From positions 1 to 64,000 of IMG/VR virus record IMGVR_UViG_3300045988_176431: a DNA stretch of 64,000 nucleotides; one strand, written 5' to 3'. A program made the position numbers and the translations under genes. The notes beneath the pieces are model-generated. The model did not search any database and was not told the origin of the DNA. It worked only from the letters and a program-made list of their open reading frames with translations. Shown here piece after piece: positions 26,959-37,138 of this stretch. Position 1 is the stretch's first letter. Every line of letters begins with the position of its first letter. The stretch is from a virus.

Positions 26959-27604
26959 ATCTCTTGTTAAATAACTTATCATTTAATTTCAAGATATCAT
27001 AACTATTAGAATCCATCATCATTGATTTGTCTACATAACGATTATATTTTTCAATATGATCTTTACTCATTGCTTTTCCATATTTTTTTAGAAATGCATG
27101 TAAATCACCCCATGCTTGATTCATATTAATAAAGATTTCTCTTAAATGAACTTCTTCATGGACAGATGGTGATAACATCACTACTTGAATTCGATTTTTT
27201 TTATGTTCCTCAAGTACTGTATCAGCAATACGAAATGTACTTATATTCCAACCTTTTTTAATATAATAATTTAATACAATATCACAAATATCATATAAAG
27301 TAAAAATTGGTCCATGATGCATTTCAATTGCACAATCTTCATCTGTAATATTATGAAGTACCTGACAATGATTCAGTTTTACTTTATCTTTTAAATAACT
27401 AATATATTTTTTATATCGGTCACTTTGACGAACCAGCCTTTCAACACCTTTAATGAAATTATTCCTAGAATCAATACTGGAAAAATATTCAGCTGGTTTG
27501 TAAAGTGGGATATTATATAACGAAGAATTTGAATCAATAATGGAATTATCTTTTTTTTCTTCGTATTCTATATTTGGTAATTGTTTTGGCATTTCATTCA
27601 CCAC
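26957..27604 (-). CDS. hypothetical protein, paralog of 15817..16512
   Basis: Shares the YxxYIxxLKD / IEMHHGP..TLYD / YIKKG / LSxxxHxxxH blocks. Confidence 0.8.
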   Translation of the reverse strand: MVNEMPKQLPNIEYEEKKDNSIIDSNSSLYNIPLYKPAEYFSSIDSRNNFIKGVERLVRQSDRYKKYISYLKDKVKLNHCQVLHNITDEDCAIEMHHGPIFTLYDICDIVLNYYIKKGWNISTFRIADTVLEEHKKNRIQVVMLSPSVHEEVHLREIFINMNQAWGDLHAFLKKYGKAMSKDHIEKYNRYVDKSMMMDSNSYDILKLNDKLFNKR

Positions 27605-27687
27605 ACTTTCTTAACTATCATTATTACTTAGTTTCAAAATATCATTTTTATATCTTCACATTCTAATAATGAAAGGTAGGTGATTTC

Positions 27688-30600
27688 ATGAGTACGATGA
27701 ATCCTGCTGCTAGACTTTATGATGATATGTTACGAATTTTAAAAAATTTAACGATAAAGTATTCAATTAATGCAGAGGAAAATGAAACGTATGAAATGCG
27801 TTCTGCATCTGAAATTTATATGAACGCAAAACAAGAAAAAGATAACTTTTTTTCTTATCGTGATTATACAGAAGAAGAGTATAAAAAAGCAGGTGTCACC
27901 TATGAAGGGGATATTATTCAATATATGAATAATCAAAATACTGTACCATTGTCAATTCAGCAAATTATGATTGAAAATCGAAGAAATACAATCATAACAA
28001 AATACGATGAACCAAATGAATATTATCGTGTGCTGAATGGCTTACCACCCCTTGACACTGATCCAAGAGATTATTTTTATGTACCAAAAGAATATTGCAT
28101 AAATTATGGAATCCCAGAAGATATGCCAATTCATAAAATTGAAGATGAACTTGGTACTTATTATATCACCGTGTTAGAATCCGATGGTGTTATTGATAGA
28201 TTAATAGAAGAAAATCCAGATAAAAAATATTTACAACATCTCGGTTCTAGACGGATTGATTTAATTCGTGCAAGAACCGCTGGTAACTTTTCTATTTTAT
28301 ACCTTGATCAGAGAAATGTGATGGAAAGTATCCATAGAGAATTTATTCGAACTTATGAAAAATGCAGGCAATATTTTCTTAGTGTGTGTTATGTACATGA
28401 ATATTCTTCTATTATTGAATATTATGACAATTTTATTGCACTTTGTATTTTCTTAATGACAATACAACAGGTGAGTGCAAGAATGATTAGCAATGCAGTT
28501 GATCGAGAATTTTATGATGATTATTCAATTCAATTGTTATATGAAACTTATGGTGTTCCATTTAATAAAAAGATTGATGAATTGACTCAAAAACAGATTG
28601 TACAAAATGTAAATTTATTAGTACAAAACAAAGCATGTGAGAAAGTTCTTCTTGACATCTCATCTATTTTAGGATTTGAATCGGTTAAGATTTATGAGTA
28701 TTATTTGATGAAGGAACAAGTTTTTGATTCGAATGGAAGACCAGTTATTCTTTGGAAAGATAAATGGAATGATAAGTTAGGAAAATATGAAAAAGTTCCT
28801 AATTATGAAGAAATGTATGATTTGCATTTTCAAAGGGTTTCTGTTGATGAAGAAAATCTTCATAAGGCATTGATGAATCCAGCCAATCGTGTGGAATATC
28901 TAGATTTAACAGCAAATGACCCATTTTGGTGGGAAGATGATGATTTATACCATGAAATTTGGGAAGCTGAATACAATAAGACAGAAACAAAATATCTAGG
29001 AGTTACGATTCCTTATCGAATGACCGAGATGTTATTTCAGTCAATTATTCAGTTCCATATGATATTTGATAAATCAGATGAACTTGGTGATATATTAGTT
29101 AAATTACCAAAAATTACAAAAAAAGAAGTTCCTTTGGTTGATGTAATTATTTTACTTTGTGCACTTATGTGTAGAAAGTATCATTTATCTGGTTATATCA
29201 CATACGCACCAAGTCAGATTCTTCACATTCTTCAAGCATTAGATCGCGATATTAATCATGAAGTGGATAGAGATATTGAAATCTTTAAATTTGATTTTGA
29301 AGCATTTAATCCTGAGATTATTGAAGAAATGAGAGAAATGAGACTTAAAGAAGAACTTGATAAGTTAGATGAAAAAGAACAAGATGTCATCTTTGTAGAA
29401 GAAGAACAGATACGTACTGAAGTAATTGAACTTATGGAATATGGTTTTTCGAGAATTGATGGATTTGTATCAAATATTGATTCTTCTGAAAAAGAATCTT
29501 TTATTAAAAAAGAAAGTAATAGACTTTGTTTAGGTACTTATTCAGAAGAATACTTTAGTAAGGCTAAATTTATCCTTAATTCAAAATTGAGAGAAGATAA
29601 TTATAGTGTATATTTTGGTTTGCAATATGATAAACATTGGGAAGTTGATGCACCAGATTCTGTTGGTGAAGATGTTATCCAAGATAATGCAGATGAAAAT
29701 GACAGAACTTTTACTGTATATCTTCGTGTAAAAAATAACTTAGAAAAAACAAAAGAAATTCTTGAAAAACATCTGATTGATAGAGATTACTGGATTGTGA
29801 ACGGTCATGATATATCTCTAAATGAAGATGGAACTCAGAATTCACAAGATTTGAAAAAACTTCGTACAGTTATTGATAACTTACAAAAACTGTATGAATT
29901 TTATGATTACTTAAACGTATTATCAGCAAAGAGTCTTGGTAGTACAAAAGAAGAGAAAATAAAAGCATTGAATAACTTATATAAAAATATCAAAGAATTA
30001 TATTACTTTATTGCATATCGTATGAGTGAGACAAATAACTATAAAGAATATTATGCTTTAAAGAAGTTTTATGATACGGTCTTTTATGCAAAAGAAACAA
30101 AGAAAGCATTTAAAGTCATTGATATGAATGGTAACGAACAAGAACCAGAAACCTTTTTAGAATATTTAAAATATAAAGATTTTCAATTGTATACTTTTTG
30201 TAATGAATTGGAAGAAAACTTAATTTATGTATATATCGACCACATTATTTATAAATTAGAAGATTTTTTAGATAATGTAAGTCACTTGTATATTTTAAAT
30301 GATGGTGTTTCTCCTTTACAAGAGTTATTGGTACAATTAGTAGAATTTTTTAAATCTTACAATACTGATATGGTTCAGTTGTCATCTCTTATGATTATGG
30401 ATTGGAAAATGGAAAATACAATACGATTCATTGATCATCCACAAAAAATTAATAAAGAGATTATGACAAAAGAAAGTTTCAATTTACCATATTCAGATTT
30501 TATGAAGAGATTTACTGTAAAATTTCTTGTTGACTCAAAACTTAAGTTTTGGGATGCTTCTGCAATACATAATGGAATAATGTACTTAAAATCAAATTTC

Positions 30601-31575
30601 TTTTTAACGGATGAAAAAGATCTTTGGTTCGATTTTAAAGTTCCATTATATAGAGTAATAAATACATTTATGTTAAAAGATAAGAAATTTTTGACAATAA
30701 GAAATGAATTTAAAGTCATCAAAGAATTCAAAATTAAGAATAAGAAATATAAAGAACAAGAAATTGTTGATGAGGAAGGTAAGAAGAGAATTGAATTAGT
30801 ACTTGACGAAATTATTACACCAGATGAAGAAAAATATGAAGAAACAAATGGTATTGTAGTTTCATCTGGTTATTATAATTCAGATTGTTCTTATTTTAAC
30901 GAAAGTTATAATCCTGAAACAGATAAAGATATTATTTCAGGTGATTCTTTAAGAAAACTTATTTCTTTGAATTATATTGAGAATGTGAAAATGGTTCATG
31001 ATGAAAATGGACAATATGAATTAACCGGTGATGAAATAGAAATATCATCTGGTTATTATAATGATTCTGGTGAATATTACAATGATGACTTTGAACGTAT
31101 TGAAGAAAATGATATTAGTAAAGATTCATTAGATCATATTTTATCACTAAATATGACTATGATTAGTAGTAGTGGTGAAAATTATTTGTCTTGCAGATTT
31201 TTAAAACCTGTAGAGATAAATATGTATCCACAGTTTAAAGTTATTAAAGAATTCACGATTAGAGATAAGGAATATTCAGAATCTGGTGGTATCACAGTTT
31301 CATCGGGTTATTATGATTCGAATGGTACTTATTTTGATCAAAATTATAAACGAGATAATTCAAGAAACATTTCAGTTGATTCATTAAAACAACTTTTGTT
31401 ATTACAGTACATTGATTCTGTGATAAAGAATGCTAAAACAAGAAAAGAATTTATGAGAAAAGCATTGAAAAAAGAGTTAGATAAAAAAGAAGAATTTCAT
31501 AAGTTTATGAATAAAACAATACAGACAAACGATTCATTATCACTGTATGATGTCGTTACAGTGAAACATGAGTAG
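27688..31575 (+). CDS. large (1295 aa) hypothetical protein with a C-terminal triplicated repeat, possibly a virion component
   Basis: Long ORF with GAAAGGTAGGTGA RBS. No enzymatic motif recognised. Contains SSGYY repeats (see repeat feature). Confidence 0.85.
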   Translation: MSTMNPAARLYDDMLRILKNLTIKYSINAEENETYEMRSASEIYMNAKQEKDNFFSYRDYTEEEYKKAGVTYEGDIIQYMNNQNTVPLSIQQIMIENRRNTIITKYDEPNEYYRVLNGLPPLDTDPRDYFYVPKEYCINYGIPEDMPIHKIEDELGTYYITVLESDGVIDRLIEENPDKKYLQHLGSRRIDLIRARTAGNFSILYLDQRNVMESIHREFIRTYEKCRQYFLSVCYVHEYSSIIEYYDNFIALCIFLMTIQQVSARMISNAVDREFYDDYSIQLLYETYGVPFNKKIDELTQKQIVQNVNLLVQNKACEKVLLDISSILGFESVKIYEYYLMKEQVFDSNGRPVILWKDKWNDKLGKYEKVPNYEEMYDLHFQRVSVDEENLHKALMNPANRVEYLDLTANDPFWWEDDDLYHEIWEAEYNKTETKYLGVTIPYRMTEMLFQSIIQFHMIFDKSDELGDILVKLPKITKKEVPLVDVIILLCALMCRKYHLSGYITYAPSQILHILQALDRDINHEVDRDIEIFKFDFEAFNPEIIEEMREMRLKEELDKLDEKEQDVIFVEEEQIRTEVIELMEYGFSRIDGFVSNIDSSEKESFIKKESNRLCLGTYSEEYFSKAKFILNSKLREDNYSVYFGLQYDKHWEVDAPDSVGEDVIQDNADENDRTFTVYLRVKNNLEKTKEILEKHLIDRDYWIVNGHDISLNEDGTQNSQDLKKLRTVIDNLQKLYEFYDYLNVLSAKSLGSTKEEKIKALNNLYKNIKELYYFIAYRMSETNNYKEYYALKKFYDTVFYAKETKKAFKVIDMNGNEQEPETFLEYLKYKDFQLYTFCNELEENLIYVYIDHIIYKLEDFLDNVSHLYILNDGVSPLQELLVQLVEFFKSYNTDMVQLSSLMIMDWKMENTIRFIDHPQKINKEIMTKESFNLPYSDFMKRFTVKFLVDSKLKFWDASAIHNGIMYLKSNFFLTDEKDLWFDFKVPLYRVINTFMLKDKKFLTIRNEFKVIKEFKIKNKKYKEQEIVDEEGKKRIELVLDEIITPDEEKYEETNGIVVSSGYYNSDCSYFNESYNPETDKDIISGDSLRKLISLNYIENVKMVHDENGQYELTGDEIEISSGYYNDSGEYYNDDFERIEENDISKDSLDHILSLNMTMISSSGENYLSCRFLKPVEINMYPQFKVIKEFTIRDKEYSESGGITVSSGYYDSNGTYFDQNYKRDNSRNISVDSLKQLLLLQYIDSVIKNAKTRKEFMRKALKKELDKKEEFHKFMNKTIQTNDSLSLYDVVTVKHE
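30850..31422 (+). repeat. three ~45-aa protein repeats (G.I.VSSGYYNS.G.YFN..Y....D.DIS.DSL+.L..L.YI)
   Basis: GIVVSSGYYNSDCSYFNESYNPETDKDIISGDSLRKLISLNYIENV / EIEISSGYYNDSGEYYNDDFERIEENDISKDSLDHILSLNM / GITVSSGYYDSNGTYFDQNYKRDNSRNISVDSLKQLLLLQYIDSV. FKVIKEF also occurs twice. Confidence 0.85.
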
Positions 31576-31624
31576 AAATATCAAAGAATACAATAAATTA
31601 AAATATAGAAAGGATGTGTAAAAA

Positions 31625-32635
31625 ATGTCTTCAAAAAGATTACTTTTGAAAGATTACATGGATGTTACCAGTGATGTAAAACTTTCAAAAACACAAAAAA
31701 GTGGATTGTGGGCAGATACAGAAATATTATGGGGTTATGGATATAACGATGGTGGATTGCAAGCATCATTTTTGGATGAGGAGATTGGTATAGCACGTAA
31801 TACTGTACCAATTATTGGTGTTCAGTCAGCATTCCAATATTTATTTGGTGTTAAAGGACCACTTAGTTTTCCTACTTTATATAATGAAACAGCTTCCAGC
31901 ATTCAAGGTGCTATTGGTCATTCAGATGTTGCTACTAATAGCAATTATCAATATTATTCACCTGATCATGCACTTGAAAATGATCCAACAAGCAAAGCTG
32001 CTGCTTATATACCAATTTATAATCCTGGACAATTTGTTCAGTTATTTGGTGTTGGTGTAACTGGAACTGCTGAAAATAATATTACAGTTCATAAAGTAGG
32101 TTATCGTGAAACCTCTATTAATATGGAGGGTGACCCAAATGGTATTATGTATCCATTTCGATATACTGCATCTGAATTAGATCCTGCTGAAAAAACAAAA
32201 TATTTCGGTAAGCGTTTAGATACAGAGACAGGTGCTATTGGATATTACTTAAAGAGATTTGAAGGAAGACCTCAAATTAAACATGTGTGGAAAACACAAG
32301 ATACAATGGACTCTTCGAATGAATCTCTTGTAACTAATGATACTTTACATGAATTAACAAGAAATGATGCAATTCAGTCATTTTGTGAAATGCATTTACA
32401 AATTACAAAGAAGGATTTAAAAGAATTCTTTACCGATAAATTAGAGCAGCCAGAATCATGTCGATTCAATTGTATTGCTCTTTATGATGGATATTATACA
32501 GAAGAAGGAAAACAAGATAATGAGTTATTTGGAGATTATGCAAACGTAAGACTATTCTCAAAGTTGAATATTCCTACTGAACATCTTAGTCTTCAGAAAG
32601 ACCTTGAAATTATCTATCGTGTATATGGTAGTTAA
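31625..32635 (+). CDS. hypothetical protein (possible abundant virion structural protein)
   Basis: 336 aa. Its G/A/T/Y-rich, K/E-poor composition differs from neighbours. GAAAGGATG RBS, followed by the strongest terminator in the window. Confidence 0.8.
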   Translation: MSSKRLLLKDYMDVTSDVKLSKTQKSGLWADTEILWGYGYNDGGLQASFLDEEIGIARNTVPIIGVQSAFQYLFGVKGPLSFPTLYNETASSIQGAIGHSDVATNSNYQYYSPDHALENDPTSKAAAYIPIYNPGQFVQLFGVGVTGTAENNITVHKVGYRETSINMEGDPNGIMYPFRYTASELDPAEKTKYFGKRLDTETGAIGYYLKRFEGRPQIKHVWKTQDTMDSSNESLVTNDTLHELTRNDAIQSFCEMHLQITKKDLKEFFTDKLEQPESCRFNCIALYDGYYTEEGKQDNELFGDYANVRLFSKLNIPTEHLSLQKDLEIIYRVYGS

Positions 32636-32640
32636 AACCA

Positions 32641-32690
32641 ATTGTGGAGAACCAAGTATTTTGAAACTTGGTTCTCCACAATATTTATAT
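32641..32690 (+). terminator. strong intrinsic terminator
   Basis: 17-bp stem attgtggagaaccaagt/acttggttctccacaat. Confidence 0.8.
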
Positions 32691-32695
32691 ATTAT
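32684..32695 (+). promoter_or_regulatory. promoter-like motif TTTATATATTAT
   Basis: Immediately after the terminator and 74 nt upstream of the tubulin start. A small palindrome taaaatc..gatttta follows. Confidence 0.4.
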
Positions 32696-32768
32696 TTTAT
32701 AGTAAAATCTTATAATTGATTTTACGAGATACAATAAAACAAATTTATTATGAAAGGAGGTTACAACT

Positions 32769-33917
32769 ATGTTAAATGTAGGTGTAATCGGAATCGGAAA
32801 CTGTGGTAATCAGGTAGCAAAATTGGCAATGAATGAATTGAAATGTGATGTATTAGCAATCAATTCTTCAAAGAATGATTTGAGTACTCTTGGAGAAGGA
32901 GTTCCAGTACTTTGTCTTGGTGATGAAAGAGGAGCTGGAAAGAACAGAACAGAAGCAAAATTATTCCTGAAGAAATCCATTATGGATATGATTCAGAAGG
33001 AAGAGTTTAAAAATTTCATGTCAGAGAAAGATGTGATTTTCATTGTAAGTAGCACAGGTGGTGGAACTGGTTCAGGAATGGCACCAGTATTATCTTCTAT
33101 TATCCGTAAATCATTTAGAGATGAAGAGGGTAAAGAAAAGACTGTCATTTTGATTGGCGTTCTTCCAAAACTCAGTGAAGCATATTCTACTCAGGTAAAT
33201 ACTTTAGAGTATATGGAAGAACTTCATAGTTCCATTGAGAATCCTACATACATGATGTATGATAATGAGAGACTCTCAAAAGAACCTACTCATGTTATGA
33301 TGCAGCGTATTAATCAGAGTATCATTGATGATATTCATGTACTTCAGGGTTATTACAACTTCTCTACGCCATTTAGTTCAATTGATGAGAAAGACATGAA
33401 GATGATTATTCAGACAACTGGAAGAATTTTCATTGCTTCTCTTACCGGATTGAAAGAGAAAGATGTTGATGAAAAATCAATCGAAGATCTTTTAGTTGAG
33501 AAGATTAAGAGAAATACTCATGCTGAGATTGACCGTAATAAGGTTGTAAACCGCACAGGAATTATTACAAATCTCTCAGAGAACTTGAATAATCAGTTTG
33601 ATACACATCTTCAGACAGTTCAGGAATTTGTTGGTTCTCCAATTGAAGAGTTTGAACATGTTGTTGTGAATTCAGAGAGAGCTGCAGAAAATAATGTATT
33701 CTTTATCATGTCTGGTCTCACATCTATGAATGATCGTGTAGAAAAGATTAAAGAAAGAATTGAAGAGATTCAGGAACTTCAGAAGACACAGGCAGAAGAG
33801 AATGCTCTTGATGGTGTTGATATTTCTGAGTTGAATCAGAAGAGAGAATATCGTGAATCTGCTTCCAGTGATGAGAAAGTAAATCTGGAAGGAATCTTTG
33901 CTGACTTTAATGTCTGA
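32769..33917 (+). CDS. tubulin/FtsZ-superfamily GTPase (PhuZ/TubZ-like phage tubulin)
   Basis: GIGNCGNQVA (G box), SSTGGGTGSGMAPV (tubulin signature GGGTGSG), YDNERL (T7-loop-like), short acidic/hydrophobic C-terminal tail. Confidence 0.8.
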   Translation: MLNVGVIGIGNCGNQVAKLAMNELKCDVLAINSSKNDLSTLGEGVPVLCLGDERGAGKNRTEAKLFLKKSIMDMIQKEEFKNFMSEKDVIFIVSSTGGGTGSGMAPVLSSIIRKSFRDEEGKEKTVILIGVLPKLSEAYSTQVNTLEYMEELHSSIENPTYMMYDNERLSKEPTHVMMQRINQSIIDDIHVLQGYYNFSTPFSSIDEKDMKMIIQTTGRIFIASLTGLKEKDVDEKSIEDLLVEKIKRNTHAEIDRNKVVNRTGIITNLSENLNNQFDTHLQTVQEFVGSPIEEFEHVVVNSERAAENNVFFIMSGLTSMNDRVEKIKERIEEIQELQKTQAEENALDGVDISELNQKREYRESASSDEKVNLEGIFADFNV

Positions 33918-33944
33918 TTGATAAAATGATTTAATCCCCAAATA

Positions 33945-33990
33945 TAATATGTGATGAACAATTAATTTTTATTATGTTCATCACATATTA
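33945..33990 (+). terminator. hairpin / probable terminator
   Basis: 16-bp stem taatatgtgatgaaca/tgttcatcacatatta. The T-tail is weak. Confidence 0.5.
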
Positions 33991-34031
33991 GTAACTTTAA
34001 ACACAACTTTTTTAAAGAAAGGAGTGCTACT

Positions 34032-35006
34032 ATGGCACAACAGAATCAAAGGAAAAAGGTTAGAATTCCTGAAGAAGTTGAATACTTCTCAAAAAGAAAA
34101 TTCAAAAAGTTCAAGAAAAAGAACAAAGATTATTATGACTCAAAGAAAGAGTTAAAAGAAGCGTATTTTTCGGAAATCCTTTATGATGTTCCGAAAGTGA
34201 TTGAATTCCTCTTAAGATTCTCACATATTCAGAGTGATGAAGTAAAAGAGATTAAATCACGTTGTTATGAACAGTTTAGCGGAAAACCTGAAAGTCCGGC
34301 TTTTATTAAATATATTACAAAGTTAGTAAAAGCAGATGGGAATGAAGCAATTCCGAATATTGAGTATTTTCCAATTATTCTTCATGAGATTATTTCGGAC
34401 ATTAACCGATATAATGAAGAAGCAAAGAAGGAAAATCCAGAAGCAGAAGTATTTGATGCTTCTGAACTCTATGAGCTTTCAAATGTTATCTTGAAAAAGA
34501 AGCTTAAGAAAGCAAAGAAAAAAGGAATTGATGACGCAGTTGCGTTTGATTGTTTATCCGTAATTCCTACGGAAGATGCTATGAAATTCTCACCATACTT
34601 CCGAATCAAATCTGTATTTGAAATTATGTATTTACATGCAAAAACAAAACAGATTGATTTTAAGAAGATGATGGATTTGCTTTTAGACGGAGAGTATTAT
34701 GATGTCGTAATCAGTTTTGCTCTTCAGGAAAGAAAAGAGAAATTCCAGAAGTTCAATGAACAACAGAAGAGTTTCTTTAATGATATTAGTGAATGGGTAT
34801 TCAATGAGTTAGAAGATATGGATAAGAAGACCATTGAGAATATCATCCAGACCTATATCAAAACAAGAAAAAGAGATGCTGAACAGAATAAAGATGGAAA
34901 TAGAAGATACTTTATTAGTTCTCTTCCAGAAACATCTTATCCAAAAATTTGTAAAGCTGTTGAACGAATTAAAAATTCAGATGAAACAGCAGAAAAATAT
35001 TTATAA
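34032..35006 (+). CDS. hypothetical protein
   Basis: 324-aa ORF with AAAGGAG RBS. Confidence 0.8.
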   Translation: MAQQNQRKKVRIPEEVEYFSKRKFKKFKKKNKDYYDSKKELKEAYFSEILYDVPKVIEFLLRFSHIQSDEVKEIKSRCYEQFSGKPESPAFIKYITKLVKADGNEAIPNIEYFPIILHEIISDINRYNEEAKKENPEAEVFDASELYELSNVILKKKLKKAKKKGIDDAVAFDCLSVIPTEDAMKFSPYFRIKSVFEIMYLHAKTKQIDFKKMMDLLLDGEYYDVVISFALQERKEKFQKFNEQQKSFFNDISEWVFNELEDMDKKTIENIIQTYIKTRKRDAEQNKDGNRRYFISSLPETSYPKICKAVERIKNSDETAEKYL

Positions 35007-35024
35007 TTTACGGGGGATTAGATT

Positions 35025-35999
35025 ATGAAAAATGGAATTTATTCGATTTATATGGGAAGTAGTGAGAATATCGACAAAATTGAGAACACTACTTGTTTCT
35101 CATTAATCGAAAAAGAAAGCAAAAGACAAACCAAAGATGGTAAAAATCCAGTAATTCGTTTCTTATATAACGAATTGAATGGTCAGAGAATTAAGGTTCC
35201 ACCAAGATTCCAAATTACAAATATGGAAGAAGTACCGGATGTTGTAGAATACGATAATGAACACTTCACATCCATTCGTAAGTTGAAATTTGATTTCAAG
35301 GCAAATACAAAGGGAAATAATCGAAAAGGAAAGAGTGATATTTCAGTTTTATTAAACTTTAGTACACTTTCACCATTTCTTTCTCTCACTAACAAAGATG
35401 CAAGTTATTTGTATCTCACAATTGATACAAGCTCTCTTAGCTTGATTCAGTATTCGAAATCAAATATTATTGCAACCTTTAAGAATCCAAAAGCTAATAT
35501 TCTTGGATGCTTGATTGAACTCACAGATGAGGTTCCGCTTACATTCTATACAAGAGATAATTCAAAAAGAGGATTCTTTAAAGTTCATTGTTTCTCTTTA
35601 GATGAGGGTGAGTTGGTTTATACCGTTTCTTCTGATTTAGTTCCAGAAGAATTAAGGAGTATGAGAGCTCTTTGGAACCGTAAGAAGAAAACAAGGACAT
35701 TCCTGTATAACTTTAATGTTATGCCGGCAGCTCATTTGACTCATACAGAAACTGAAGAGAGACCGAATTCGATTGTTTGTAAAGCAAGAGAAGATTGTGA
35801 ATCAGATGATGAGTTCGTTAAAGAAGTAGAAGAGTCATTAAGAGCAGCAATTGGATATGTTCCAAAAGCAGTTGTTCTTGATAAAGACTTTACAGACATG
35901 ACATATGAAGATATGATTAAACTTCGTTTCACATATGTCTTTGGAACTAGAGAGAATGAAGATGGTTCCACTTATACGGTAACTTTAAAATCAAACTAA
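35025..35999 (+). CDS. hypothetical protein
   Basis: 324-aa ORF with GGGGGA RBS. Confidence 0.8.
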   Translation: MKNGIYSIYMGSSENIDKIENTTCFSLIEKESKRQTKDGKNPVIRFLYNELNGQRIKVPPRFQITNMEEVPDVVEYDNEHFTSIRKLKFDFKANTKGNNRKGKSDISVLLNFSTLSPFLSLTNKDASYLYLTIDTSSLSLIQYSKSNIIATFKNPKANILGCLIELTDEVPLTFYTRDNSKRGFFKVHCFSLDEGELVYTVSSDLVPEELRSMRALWNRKKKTRTFLYNFNVMPAAHLTHTETEERPNSIVCKAREDCESDDEFVKEVEESLRAAIGYVPKAVVLDKDFTDMTYEDMIKLRFTYVFGTRENEDGSTYTVTLKSN

Positions 36000-36066
36000 G
36001 TAATTAGTTATATATTATTTCAACGATATCAATATATTGATAATAAACAAAAAGGAGGACATAATT

Positions 36067-36585
36067 ATGTCAAAGAAAGACAAGAAAAAAATGGCGTCAG
36101 TTTATGGTTCAATCGGAGAAGCAGATCCGGTAAAACTTATTTCCAATCGTGTAGGAAAACGTGGAAAACTTCATGGTGATAAAAAAGAAAAGAAAATGCT
36201 GAGAAATGCATGTCCACATCATATTATCACTAGAAAAGGTAAACTTCGTGCAACAACAGAGCAGGATGGAAAAGGAAATGTTCGCTGCTATATCTGCGGA
36301 GATATTATCCCAATGAAGTTTGCGGATGATGCTGAAATCCGTAAAGCAACAAACGGATTTTACAAGTATGTAACTCAGGGTAAATTGATGGCTCAGGCAA
36401 TTGGTGCCGGAAAGAAAGCAATTCGTCAGGTGACGGACACTGCTACACTTACAAAAGCATTTCCTAAACTCTATGTCAACATGAGAAATGTTGCACAGAA
36501 ACAGGATAAAGCTAAGAAAAATAAGAAGAAGAAACGTTATGGTGGTTCTTCTACTTATGGTTCATGGGGAAGTAGAAGATACTAA
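36067..36585 (+). CDS. basic protein with CxxH...CxxC metal-binding pattern
   Basis: ATG after AAAAGGAGG. K/R-rich. CPHH...CYICG. The tail KKNKKKKRYGGSSTYGSWGSRRY suggests nucleic-acid binding. Confidence 0.75.
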   Translation: MSKKDKKKMASVYGSIGEADPVKLISNRVGKRGKLHGDKKEKKMLRNACPHHIITRKGKLRATTEQDGKGNVRCYICGDIIPMKFADDAEIRKATNGFYKYVTQGKLMAQAIGAGKKAIRQVTDTATLTKAFPKLYVNMRNVAQKQDKAKKNKKKKRYGGSSTYGSWGSRRY

Positions 36586-36611
36586 TATATAGGTATCTGA
36601 AACGATAAAAT

Positions 36612-36652
36612 AAAGTATGAGAGGATTTCTCTCATACTTTATTTTTTTCTTT
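36612..36652 (+). terminator. intrinsic terminator
   Basis: aaagtatgagag gattt ctctcatacttt followed by attttttt. Confidence 0.75.
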
Positions 36653-36682
36653 TTATTACTTCATTTTTATAAGATTCATTAA

Positions 36683-36694
36683 CTTATATATTAT
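36683..36694 (+). promoter_or_regulatory. promoter-like motif cTTATATATTAT
   Basis: Lies between the terminator and the topoisomerase gene start. Confidence 0.4.
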
Positions 36695-36770
36695 TTATCT
36701 GTACTTATTAATATATGTTACACGAGGAGGTGTACGCTTTATAATGTTATTTTTAAAATAACAAATATTT

Positions 36771-37138
36771 ATGAAAAAAATGAAAGGAGAAAACGATAGA
36801 AAAATGGCAAATAAAGATGATGTTATATTTTATGCAGAAGATGACCTAAAGAAAATACAGTTAAAACCAAATATGTATATTCAAAAATTTGGTGCTTTAG
36901 GAACATTTCATCTTTCAAAAGAATGTATTCAAAACTCAATTGATGAGTTAGAGAATCCAAATACAAATGGAACATGTATTAAGGTTACTTATAATAAAAA
37001 GAGTGACCGTTTAATTGTAGAAGATGATGGTCGTGGTATTCCAGAAGAAGGATATCCGATTGACATTGTGTGTACAGAAATTCAATCTGGTTCTAAATTC
37101 TTTAGAGCTGGTGGTAAAAGTAGTGGTGAGTTCGGTGT
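36771..37138 (+). CDS. type II DNA topoisomerase ATPase/TOPRIM subunit (GyrB / T4 gp39+gp60-like), exon 1
   Basis: KPNMYI, ECIQNSIDE, VEDDGRGIP (GHKL N and G1 boxes). The reading frame is broken in the G2 box by an intron. The start could instead be ATG 36804. Confidence 0.85.

Noticed and set aside
32636-36000. TubZRC-type partition cassette or a chimallin-like nuclear-shell gene next to the tubulin
   Set aside because: There is no small winged-helix gene or iteron array upstream. The flanking 324-aa proteins are too small and show no recognisable similarity. This cannot be decided without structure or profile searches.
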